64,000 nt of DNA, taken from the NCBI RefSeq assembly GCF_003704095.1, contig NW_020844650.1:124001-188000 (forward strand), in the 5' to 3' direction. A program made the position numbers and the translations under genes. This DNA comes from Pocillopora damicornis (lineage: Eukaryota). Positions 35,290-46,061 of the stretch are shown one piece after another (within the stretch, counting starts at the first letter, position 1; every line of letters begins with the position of its first letter). The notes beneath the pieces are model-generated. The model was not told where the DNA came from. It worked only from the letters and a program-made list of their open reading frames with translations, and ran no database searches.

Positions 35290-38200
35290 GTTAGAGATTG
35301 ACACGCATCATGGAACTCCGCGCCTTTTTGGCTTTTTCTCTACTAGCCTTGAATATCGGATTTGTTGGAGTACGAGAAAAGCTAATCGCTGGGAATCGCA
35401 CCGGGAAGGCATTTGCCAGCTTTCCTTCCCTTTTAAGCCTTTGGCAAGAAGAAAATTTCACCCTCGGCACTCATCCTATAATTTTAACTTCGAGCCAGAT
35501 TTGCATTAATTACTCAATAAGCACAAGACAATGGTCCTTTGTCATTTGGCACTATAGAACATAAGACAGACTACTGGAGTTAACAAAGCGAATTGTTCAA
35601 CTTCAAAGAAATCAGAACGAGCAGAAAGCAGACTTCTGGATCGTTCGAATTAGCAGAATAGAGGAACACAGAGTATAAGAATACGAGAAAGGTTAATCAC
35701 TAGGAATTGCACCGGGAAAGCAGTTACTAGCTTTCTTTCCCTAGTAAACCTTTAGCAAGAAGAAAACTTCACTCTCGGCACTCATCCTATAATTTTAACC
35801 TCGAGCTGGATTTGCATTACTAACACAAGCAGCTCCTTGATACCCCCAATGTGAGAAACCTGCGGCCAAAAACCACAAACAATGCATTTGCGCCACGTGC
35901 TTTGATGTAACTCATGCGAAGTGTTCAAAGGTTTTCAACCCAAAATATAAATCATCATCTACTCCAAAGGAATGGGTGTGTCCCAAATGTACGATCAGTG
36001 TTTTACCTTTTCATAAGCATGACTTATCACTTTCGGATACCATGAATGATGTATGAACGAGCCTGAAGCCGAGGACCCAGACTTTGTTGATGAACACCTT
36101 CAAGTGTTTCAAGAGAGATCGCATCAGCTTCGAATATTCCACATTAACGCACAAAGCATGGCATCCTCGTTTGACGAGTTACTCGCCACAATCAAAGAGT
36201 ACCATTTTGTCGTCGTGACTATGAGTGAGACATGGCTTAAAGATAATCCACTCCTACTGTAGTATGTCATTCCTGGTTACACTTACGTTTTTCGCAACCG
36301 CAACGAGATCAGTAGAGGCGGGGTTGGGACATATTTGAGGGACGGCATAAGCTATAAAAGGCGTATTGACATCGAGAACATAGCCCAGATCTAAAACACT
36401 TATGGCTAGAGATCCCAGGCCGCAATAAGCATAGTAAAATACTCGATCGAAACTTATTCAGGACTATCAAACGTGGCTAGACAAAGTGGAGAGATTGTTT
36501 GGCCACATGAATGTTCTTTGGAATGGTCTTATTATCGCTACCCGTGATGTTAACGTAAACATGCTTACGCCGAATAGTCCTGACGTAAAGAAATACATTG
36601 ATCTGCTGACAACTCTTAATCTTCATCAGCACGTACACCGCCCAACAAGAACCATCCAAAACACTAATTGACCACATCGTTAGTAACGCACCCGGTCGCG
36701 TTACGTTTTGTAATGTGCTACTCTGTCCAACTATCAGTGATCATTATGGACCATAAGTTTGTATTAACGTAAGAGTCAAATGTTTTCAGCCACGCTACAA
36801 GTTACTCCGTAATGAAAGACAATTCGATGAGACGGCCTTCAAGATAGAACTAAGTAGTGTTTCTTTTAACGTCGTCAGTTACTGTGTTGACGATACAAAC
36901 GAAAAAGTAGACATCTTTAACTCGCTCTCTAAAGATTTCCTGGACAAGCACGCTCCTCAACGTAGAACTAAGATCACGCGACCCCCTGCGCCCTGGCTGA
37001 ACAAGGAAGACATCAGAGAACTCCAGAAAGAACGGAATGTACTCAGGTATTTAGCGCACAAAACAAACTTAGCAAGTATTTGGAAAAACATTTCGTGAGG
37101 TGCGCAAAAAGATCAAGACTAAGATTAAGTCAATTAAACGTGCTTTTTTCAGGAGGGCCCTAACGTCCAATAGGCCCAAAGAACCGCGGAACATCATACA
37201 CCGTATTTTATATCCTAGTCCCCAGTCAATCAAAGTAGACCCTGACGCTCTGAACAAGCACTTCAGCTCCACATCACAACGCTTACTGGGATCAGAGGCA
37301 AATTTATTAGAATTCTCATTAGATCTCATTAATTCCCTTCCCGAAGAGCACCTTACTTGCTCGTTCAACCTTCGTCCTGTTACTCACAGTGAAATAATGA
37401 GGATGTTAACTACTATGAAATCTGACTGTTCAACTGCCGCCGATCAGATTCCTGTAAAGTATCTCAAACTAAGCGCCGATGTCATAGCTTCGCCTCTGAC
37501 ACACATCCTCAACAGTTTTATTTCAATCAGCTCTTTTCCACAGGCTTGGAGGGTTGCTCGCGTTTTGCCCATCCCGAAAGTAGAGTTGAATGTGATCATT
37601 ACTGACCTATCGCTATCCTACGAGCAATCTTTAAAGTCTATGAAAAACTTGTTTTAAATTAACTCCTTGAGTACATAGATCAGAATCAGGTGCTCCGTGA
37701 TACTACATCTGGATACCGTAAAGGTCATTCGACCACTAGCGTTCTTTTATGTATTAGAGACTACATAATTTGAGCCATGAAGAATGGTGATTCAACGCCT
37801 TCCCGGACTTTTCTAGGGCACTCGATACGGTCTAAGAAGTCTCTTGTTCAAAGTCTCGTGCTATCCAAACTTAACTTTAATGACTCCGTCATTTATCCCC
37901 TTCCCACATTTCCGCAGGAAAGAGTACAACGCGCTCAGAATGCTGCCGCTGGCTTCATCTTGAATCGTTTCTGCCCTGAAAGGGACGATCTAGAGCTTGG
38001 CTGGCCACCGACACTAGAATACCCAATTAAACATTCCTAAACTTGGACATCGAGCTCTTTTTAGTGCAGCTTGGCCCGAATACCTTCAACCGCCTTGGCA
38101 CAATTCCAAACGTACACTACGCTCTAGTAATGCGCCTTTGATATAAACTTCTCTAGTTAAGGGTACTTTTCAGGACTCATTGGCGACTTTATTCAATGTC

Positions 38201-38476
38201 CTACCCGCAAGTATGAGGCAGTGTCCAGACTTTGTTACTTTAAAAAATAATTGTTGCACAATTCTCAAGAGCAGAGTAATCATGCGTTTAACCTCATAAG
38301 TGATCATGCGTTTAACCTCGATAAGGTTTTCTTAGTTATGGTAGTTTTTAACAGTTTTCAAGTGCTTTATGTAAATATTAAATGTGTCTTGTGTGCATTA
38401 TGCATTATGTAAGTCGTTAGTTTTTAGTTAGTAGGACGGATTTAGGGCTACCACGTAGAAATACTGTCAATAAATC

Positions 38477-38513
<37 letters not shown>

Positions 38514-38520
38514 GTATTAT
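35290..38520 (+). mobile_element. Decayed CR1/L2-clade LINE (PHD + APE endonuclease + RT, internally deleted)
   Basis: PHD-like QCEK...CICATCF..THAKC...WVCPKC (35845-35995); endonuclease HINAQS...MSETWL, RGGVG, DVNVN, PTR...IDH; RT-proximal D.IP...LK, WRVARVLPIPK, SGYRKGHSTT, DFSRALDT, then a jump to the C-terminal SLVLSKL (QG/YADD core missing); aataaa plus (TTA)n tail at 38469-38520. Many stops and frameshifts. 5' region has a ~140-bp direct repeat (35371/35683). Confidence 0.88.
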
Positions 38521-38880
38521 TCCTTTAAAGACACAGTCTTAAAGAAGAAGTAGAAGCTACTGGGAGCCGGGAATGGGGAAGAAACCCTAGAGTTCTTGGG
38601 GTTTGCTTCCCATTTCCTCTAATCTTGACCCTGTTTCTGTCAAAACACACCAGTCTCTACACCTGTTGATTTTCTTTCTCTCTCTCTCTTTTTTTTTTAG
38701 CCTGCTTCAGCATTTACATGAATATTGTAACTAAGCATGATGAGCTGTTTTGATTGGTCATGTGTTGTACTGACTTAATTTATGCATGGCTATGACGCAT
38801 AATCAGTGGGTTTATTTGATTGCGAAGCCATCGACCTACGCCATTATATTTTCGACAACAGCGCTAGCTTAGTTGGGACG

Positions 38881-39474
38881 ATGACAAAGTACAAGGAAGT
38901 CGATTACAAGGGAGGAAAAAGTCACTGGCCGCTTTGGGCGATACCTTTTCTTATAGCAATCTTGCTCCTTTTGATCGGAGTATTTATTTTGTTGACCCTT
39001 GGCGTCAAACACCATTGTTTGTTCTTCGACTGCGAACAACCGATCGACAAAGTCATCTCGCCGTCGGATGAACTACCTCGTAATGAAGACGTTGTCCTCG
39101 GCGATGATGAAATCAGTATCCACGGAGAACTGATCTTTGAAGAGGGTGCTCCAGACAGTTTACCTCCTAATTCGCATTTACGGGTGAAATTTGAAGACGT
39201 TAGCATGATGGATGCTCCTTCGGTACTTCTCGGAGAAACTATGGTCGACTTGTCGAGCTATGATAAAGCGAAGAACCTGAAGTACGAAATCAAGTCCAAA
39301 AAGCCAGATCTTGGTGGCAGTTACAGCGTTTCTGCGACATTGAACGTAGGCTGGAAGGCGAACAAAGAAGCTTGGATAAAACCAGGCGATTACATGACGG
39401 ACACACATTACGGTGTAAGGATTGAGGACAAGAAACAAGATTACAGGAGGGATATTACTTTGGTTAAATATTAG
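38881..39474 (+). CDS. Type II membrane protein with YbaY/YscW-like domain (paralog 2), 197 aa
   Basis: ATG at 38881; anchor WPLWAIPFLIAILLLLIGVFILLTLGV; domain IHGELIF...PDSLPPNSHLRVKFEDVSMMDAPSVLLGE...YSVSATLNVGW...GDYMTDT...DITLVKY. Confidence 0.87.
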   Translation: MTKYKEVDYKGGKSHWPLWAIPFLIAILLLLIGVFILLTLGVKHHCLFFDCEQPIDKVISPSDELPRNEDVVLGDDEISIHGELIFEEGAPDSLPPNSHLRVKFEDVSMMDAPSVLLGETMVDLSSYDKAKNLKYEIKSKKPDLGGSYSVSATLNVGWKANKEAWIKPGDYMTDTHYGVRIEDKKQDYRRDITLVKY

Positions 39475-40305
39475 CACGAGTTAAGGTAAGGAAAATTATG
39501 CCGCTTCATGAACAACGACCAAATTTCTGCCTTTTACTATTCTGTAAGGTTTGGGAAATCTTTTATCACGCGTAAGGTAACACCAGGAAAGCTGAATTAA
39601 CAATGAACAAAACTTGAAATGCCTACTCATGTTCCAAAAATTTACATCCATAACCTTTAAGAATATTGTAAACGCCCTTTCCTAAAGTTCTGGTAAACAT
39701 TTCAAGCATGTAATGGCTTTCCTTAACGTCTTATACCGTGGGGCTAACATAATTAAGAGCAATAGACTAACAGGTGAGCAGAGTGAGTTACATGAAGATA
39801 AAATAACTGCCAACGAAGCAATATTTTTCTCCATGCGAAATAATCAGCTTAATGCTTATATAAACTCTAATGCTCAGAGTGCCTTATAGGGTAGGTCAAG
39901 TGATATTTAGCCAAGTGTAAATTAGAAATCTATCTTTAGTTCAATATTTTGTTGGTCAAATATTCTATTCTCTCTTGTTTTGGGTTGTACCCTGATTTTT
40001 AGGTGTCGAGGGGAGAAGGGGGCATCATTCTTGCTGTGGACAATGTATAATGAACATTTTTGATTCCCTAGAAAATGTACTTTTTGTTCTGTGTGGAAGG
40101 GGTATCCTTTGAAGCTCAAGGCATGTTTTCCAACTCTCCTTGTTTCTTCAAGAAGTCTTGTGGATATAACAAACTCTTGCTCTTTCTTACACTTGGTTTA
40201 ATCTCCTTCATTGAATTCTACTTAGACATGCTTTTCTATGATATGGTGGAAATCAAGTTGAAGTCTTTCCATTAAAATATAGTTGGTTCCCTTTTTTTTT
40301 CCTTA

Positions 40306-40839
40306 GGCCCAAGTCACACTAGAGCTATTTTTTGTTTGTTTGAATGAGAAATCTGTCAACAAGTAACAAGTCCGACCCCCAGTTTTAAAAACTTACTAAT
40401 TTTTTTTATAATTGCCAAATTTTCACCAATCTTCAAAGGACCCAGTATCCTGCCTTGGAGGCTTCCAAAATTTGGAAAAACAAGCATTCATGTTCTTTTA
40501 ACCATTTAGCTGTCATGATATGTAAGATATGTCTGAATAAAATTTCCATGGCAAGTATTGAAGCCAGCATGAGTAGTGCAAATGTCAACCAAAACACAAA
40601 CGATCTGCAGGAAAAAAAAGGATCAGTTCTTTTGTAGCAATTCTTGTGAAATTTTTTCCTATCTCTTTTTAAAGCAAGATGGGTCTGTGATTGATATATA
40701 AATCAATCAGTGAAGTCTTGGTCGAGGAATATTAGTTTCACGCAACATTTGCCAAAATTTGGTTTGCCAAAATTTGGCTTGCCAAATTGGAAAAGTATCT
40801 GATTTTGGTGGCACTTTTTGCTTTAGTGTGACCCGGCCC
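40306..40839. mobile_element. Non-autonomous DNA transposon with PIF/Harbinger-like TIRs
   Basis: tta|GGCCCAAGTCACACTAGAGC ... GCTTTAGTGTGACCCGGCCC|taa, ~20-bp imperfect TIRs. Confidence 0.7.
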
Positions 40840-43738
40840 TAAGGAAGTTTGTTCATTATTGCAACTCAGTATGTGCCTTTTAAACAAATTTAGAAGTGGA
40901 TGGGTATGGAGTGAGAGATGGGAGACATGGTCTAAAACAAAACATACCCATATTTAAAATTTCAGTATGTTGATATTGCTGCTAATGCTTTTATAACCAC
41001 CTCCTTAAAACTTTGGGCTAAAACATTATTTCCTCATGGGCTTTTATTGGGTGTGCAAGAGAGGAAAGGAGATAAGGGTGCAAGTGGAATAATAACTTAA
41101 ATTTTACTGTTCTTTACCCTCAGATGCTAGATGTACACTTATTCTACTCAAGGACAGATATCACTTGCAGAACATTTTAATTGAAGGATGCACTCTATAT
41201 TACATTATTAATTCATTATTTTAATGCGATAAGCACTGACAAAATCTGACTGCTCATAGATGGTAGCTTATTCATACTGTCAAGCAAAGTGTAAATATAT
41301 CCTAAATTATAACATAATAGTATTGGTGTGGTAGTGGGATAAACATTTTATTTAATGCAATTAAAATTAGACCTGCACATTTTGTGTTTTCTCCGGCCAA
41401 TTACTGTTAAGTCTATGCAGTATTTCAAAATAATTGTGTACTTTTTTTTTTAATTTTGCAACCTACTAAACTAGTTGAGTACATACAAAAAGAATCACCT
41501 TTTGTTCACTGTGGAAATCTCTGAGATAGAATTAAAAAAATATTGATTTTTTTCATAATGAGGGATCATCTATTCTGTATTATCTTTACATTTACACACT
41601 GATTATAATTGCATTTTCTCTCAGAGTGTGGTTGTATCAGGGTGACTTTTTGTTTAAAGAGTTTTAAGTTATTAACTTGGGTGATGTACAGTTTTTGGCA
41701 AGAGACTTGGACAAAATGATCAGCTTATAAATTTAGGGGTGGGGAATATCCTGGATCAATAATCAACCATCTCTATATTTCAGTTTATTGGAGGTTGGCT
41801 CCTCTGTGAGATAAAAAACAAAGCAATGCTTACTTGTTGCCTCTCTGTGTGAGAGCTTCTATAACTTTCATCTTTAATTTTGCTCGAACATTTGCATAAG
41901 GGCTTATTAGTTTTTACCCAACCAGCCTTTGTTCTAGGACTCCTGGATCATTAAATTTTTTTAATCCAAATTGAGTACTGTATAAAAGCTGGTGCTGCTT
42001 GGTTTAAATTTATTTTGATACCTCTCTCAACTGAATGTTTACAAGGTGTTGTCTTTTGTTGGATTTACTTTGTTGAAGAAACTACTGTCATTTGCATTGT
42101 AGTGTAAATTATGTTAGAGAGGCTTGCAAAAGATAATATCTTGCAAAACATGTTAGCTTTTGAATGAAATGAAAGCTAGATGTTGTGAATGTGCGAGCAA
42201 GATTATTTTGTAGTTCAAAAATAAAGAGCAATTGTTATTGGGGCTTTGTTAATCAGTAAGTGAAAGGTGTTGTCTCATCATAAGATTTAAATGACTGGAA
42301 AAGGTTGATAATTCTAAACAATATTATAGGATAAAAATGCAATTTTTATCTCAAATCTGATTTGTGATTTTCTTAAGCTAACACATTGCTTCCCATGTCA
42401 ACTTGAAAATGCTGCTCTCAAGTTATAAAAGACTATCATACAAAAACATTGAATTGATGAGAATGGATAAATTTATGAGCTGGATGTCATGTCAGCTTGT
42501 TTTATCTAGACTACCACAGCCTACTTGTGTACCAAATCACTCAGATTTTTTACTTGGCTTCATAGGATATACTTGTCTTTCTGCTTGTTGCTTTTACTGG
42601 CTAAGTAGAGTGACAACCAGAAATACATCAGAATCTGCAATACCAGGCAGATATTCCATGGTCAGGTATTTTCAGATCTGCAGTTACAGGTTAATTTCCA
42701 TTTTCTTTGGGTGTTTTCAGTTGGAGAAAACTTGAAATATGTCAACCCCTTTTCAGACAAGTGAGTTCCAAGCTCCAAGTAAAATCTTCCACATTCCAGC
42801 ATTCCCCCCTGGTTTATGATATAGGAATTTTCTTAAAAATTTGAATTTTAGCCAATTACACCTGCCATCAAGTTGTTTGTTAACAATCCCTATGGTGTAG
42901 GACAGTGATTCTGTTGAACTGTAACAATACAAGAGGATTATCACCTTTACTAGCATGAAGTTTTTTACTGGGTCTGATAGAAGAACAGAAGAACTTTGTG
43001 CAACCAGTCCAAAATGATGATAAAAATCATCTGAGTTGGAAACGTCTCAAAAAAGATATTTTGAGAGAAACAATGTCTTTGCACTTATCAGAGATTGGGA
43101 AGAAGTCAGAAATTATAATGGGGAAACCTGGTTTTGGTGCGTGTTACTGTTTTATTTTGATATTACCTCCTGTTACAGGAAAGGTTTTTATGACTGCTCC
43201 TGTAGTCCTTGGATATACCTAGATGAATTTTATTTTCTAGATAATTATCATGCTTGATTCACCCTAAATTCGCAGAGTTAAAGTTGCAAGAAACATTTAG
43301 CTGTTATTGTGGACAAATGGTATTGAAAGGCGTAAAAACGACAGCATAATGGGTATTTATTAGAAACGTCGCAACCCCCTCCCCCCCAGCCCCAATCTCC
43401 TCCCCACCTCCCGCCCATGTAAGAGAAGGAATAAGCACAAGATAGCTGCAGGGAAATTTCGATTTCATTCTCCGTGGGAGTGTAAGGTTGATAACACAGC
43501 TGGAGATACTAGAGTTATCTGGCATCTCTTTGTCTTTTATCCACTAGATTTCCTTCTGTATTGTTGTTTTTTCAACTTGGAGAACGATTTGTAGGTTTTG
43601 CGTGCAGATCCGCGCCACTCTAAGTAATATTGAGACACTGCATACTACATGCAGTTAAGCTTATTTAGAATATTGTGCAAGAAAAGTGCTATTTCAGGGC
43701 TGTTACAGCATCACAGGCCAGCACAGACGAAGGAAATA

Positions 43739-44113
43739 ATGGAAATTACTGGAAAAATAATCTTTACGGGCGGCTCTGCGCCCGATGTTCTTCCAACTCC
43801 TTCGTGTTTAACGGTGAAGTTTGAAGACGTGAGTTTGATGGATGCCCCCTCAGTCAAGATCGGCGAATCAGTTGTCGATGTCACAAACATCTACAAGAAA
43901 GGAGAACCACTGATCTTCACCATTAAGTGCCCCAAACCGTCTCCCACTCAACCAGATTACAGTGTTTCTGCCGTTTTAAATGTAGGCTGGAAACCAGACG
44001 GGAACTCGTGGATAAGGAAAGGGGATTATTTAAATGACACCATGCACCATATACCTTTGGAAGTTGGAAAAGATGCGTACAAGATGGACATCGAGGTGAT
44101 TAAGTACCGATAA
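43739..44113 (+). CDS. Stand-alone YbaY/YscW-like domain protein (paralog 3), ~124 aa; may have an upstream exon
   Basis: MEITGKIIF...PDVLPTPSCLTVKFEDVSLMDAPSVKIGESVVDV...YSVSAVLNVGW...GDYLNDT...DIEVIKY. Good-context ATG at 43739, possible acceptor atttcag at 43697, alternative ATG at 43649. Confidence 0.82.
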   Translation: MEITGKIIFTGGSAPDVLPTPSCLTVKFEDVSLMDAPSVKIGESVVDVTNIYKKGEPLIFTIKCPKPSPTQPDYSVSAVLNVGWKPDGNSWIRKGDYLNDTMHHIPLEVGKDAYKMDIEVIKYR

Positions 44114-46061
44114 AAATAGTGAGCTTGGTAAGTGATTTTTAGCACATTCACCCCTGGTACATAATTGTAATGTGAGATAAAGAACATAAATATTGATTTG
44201 ATGTAAAACCAAAATGATTGCCTGTATGTTCACTTTTGGATACAACCTTGAAAGAGGAATACGTTACAGCACGGTTCACGTTGTTTTAGTATCACCAGGG
44301 AAGTAGGTAAGACTTCCCTGAAGAGGTTCTCACACGTCCAGTGTCTTATCAGCATTTTGGGCACACTGATACCATTACTAAACAACATGACAATCATTTC
44401 CTCTTCACTGAGAGGGGGTTACTAACATTGCAGAATCCCCTTCTAACCATGCCTCAAGCTAAAACTGTATCATTGCTGCAGTTTTTCACTCAATTAAATG
44501 CAATATAAACTAGACTCAGAGACACATCGAAGGATTGAGGATATTCTAAGGTCATATAACAACTTTGTAAATCACATAATTTTTCATTATGCCATTTACC
44601 CTCCCCCCTGAAATTCTGTTTCAGAGAATTTAGTCACATTTTTTAATTAACCCATAGATCCACATCATTGAGATTTGGGAGTCTTATATGTGTCAGCTTG
44701 CATGCTATCCAAGCAGCAGGTGCCATCTTGAACCATTATTGATGGATGAGACCCTGCAAAAATTTGATGGTCAAATCCGTATTTATCATGTTTGTGAATA
44801 CTTTCATCTTTTTTTCTTTCAGCTTGTCCTGGTTGTATTATTGGACAGGCTTCAAATTCACACTTTTACTCTGAATTTTTTTGATCTTATTAATTTATTT
44901 TGGGTTTCTATATTTGTCCTTACGAAGTACATGTGTGTGTAGAGGTGTGAAGGTTTGTCTTTGAATTTGAAAGTCTAGTATGAATAAAAAATTTACATTA
45001 ACAGATGAAGATTTTTGTCACAAATCTATTTATTTTCATTAAATATATGTAGGAATTTCATTGATAAATTGATGCCTTGTCTAAAGTTCAATGGAGCTGT
45101 AGATGGTTTTCAGGATGTTTAAAAAATAAATGGTATTTTATTGATAAAAAAAGTTCCATCATCTCTTTTTGGTCTTTGGAAAGTTATTGGTTTAAGGTGG
45201 ACTTCTTGCTGAAGAGGGGGTGCTTGGGTCAATTTTTGCTGGGTATGTGCTGCTGGCTGCTTAGAACCTCTACTCCATTTAAGTCTATTCTTTGACCAAT
45301 TATAAACCCATCTCAGTCACTATCAGTAACACAGTAAAAACTTCATAATTGTGAGCCTTCCAGAATTTTCTTACCCCAAAATATCCCAACAATGTGTGAC
45401 TCCTTTCTAGAAACTCTATTGAAAATGCAACCCTGTGGTAGTCAATTCAGTGATGAAAATGGGACCTCATCCAATGGCTCATCCCCATTAGCCTATTAGA
45501 AAGTACTTCCCCTGGGACTACCAGCTGTTGCTTGCAAAGTGAGTCCATCACCCTCCCCTGGACTAGACAGTTGTGGAAATTTAGTCTAATTAGCCCTGTT
45601 TGCAGTTTATGCAATAGCTCCGTGCAGTTGGGTGCAGATGAGAAGTAAAGAGTAATGGCTGAATGTCACTACCTGAAAAACTATTCACTTACCCCTCCCC
45701 TAAACCAACATTAACCCTAATTTGTTATCAGTTGACTAAGAGTGACAATAATATGGACCTTTTGATTTAAGAGTTATTCCTAATTTCAAGAATTATTCTG
45801 AACAAAGGGATATCATAAGCAGCCAATGAGAAGTGAAAATTAATTTCCTGCATTAAGGGCCGTTTACATGAGTTTCTTCCTCATTATTGGTTATTTTGTT
45901 TCAGCTAGTGGATAACCTTTATTTTTATCACTTTGAAAACGCAGGAAAGCCGCGTGCTCTCCGCGCGTCCTAATCGCGTTTTCAGTTCGTTACTCTGTCC
46001 ATGTTCAACACATATTTTTGATGGGAATAACAAATAAATAAAAACACTCAAAGAAATTTAG

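Noticed and set aside
38806-38880. N-terminal extension of YbaY-like paralog 2 from a GTG start
   Set aside because: Non-ATG start; ATG 38881 gives an N-terminus comparable to paralog 1.
22342-44113. Bacterial contamination as the source of the bacterial-like genes
   Set aside because: The genes are interleaved with eukaryotic TEs in gap-free sequence, have long non-coding spacers, no operon structure or lipobox, and the MTase has a spliceosomal intron.
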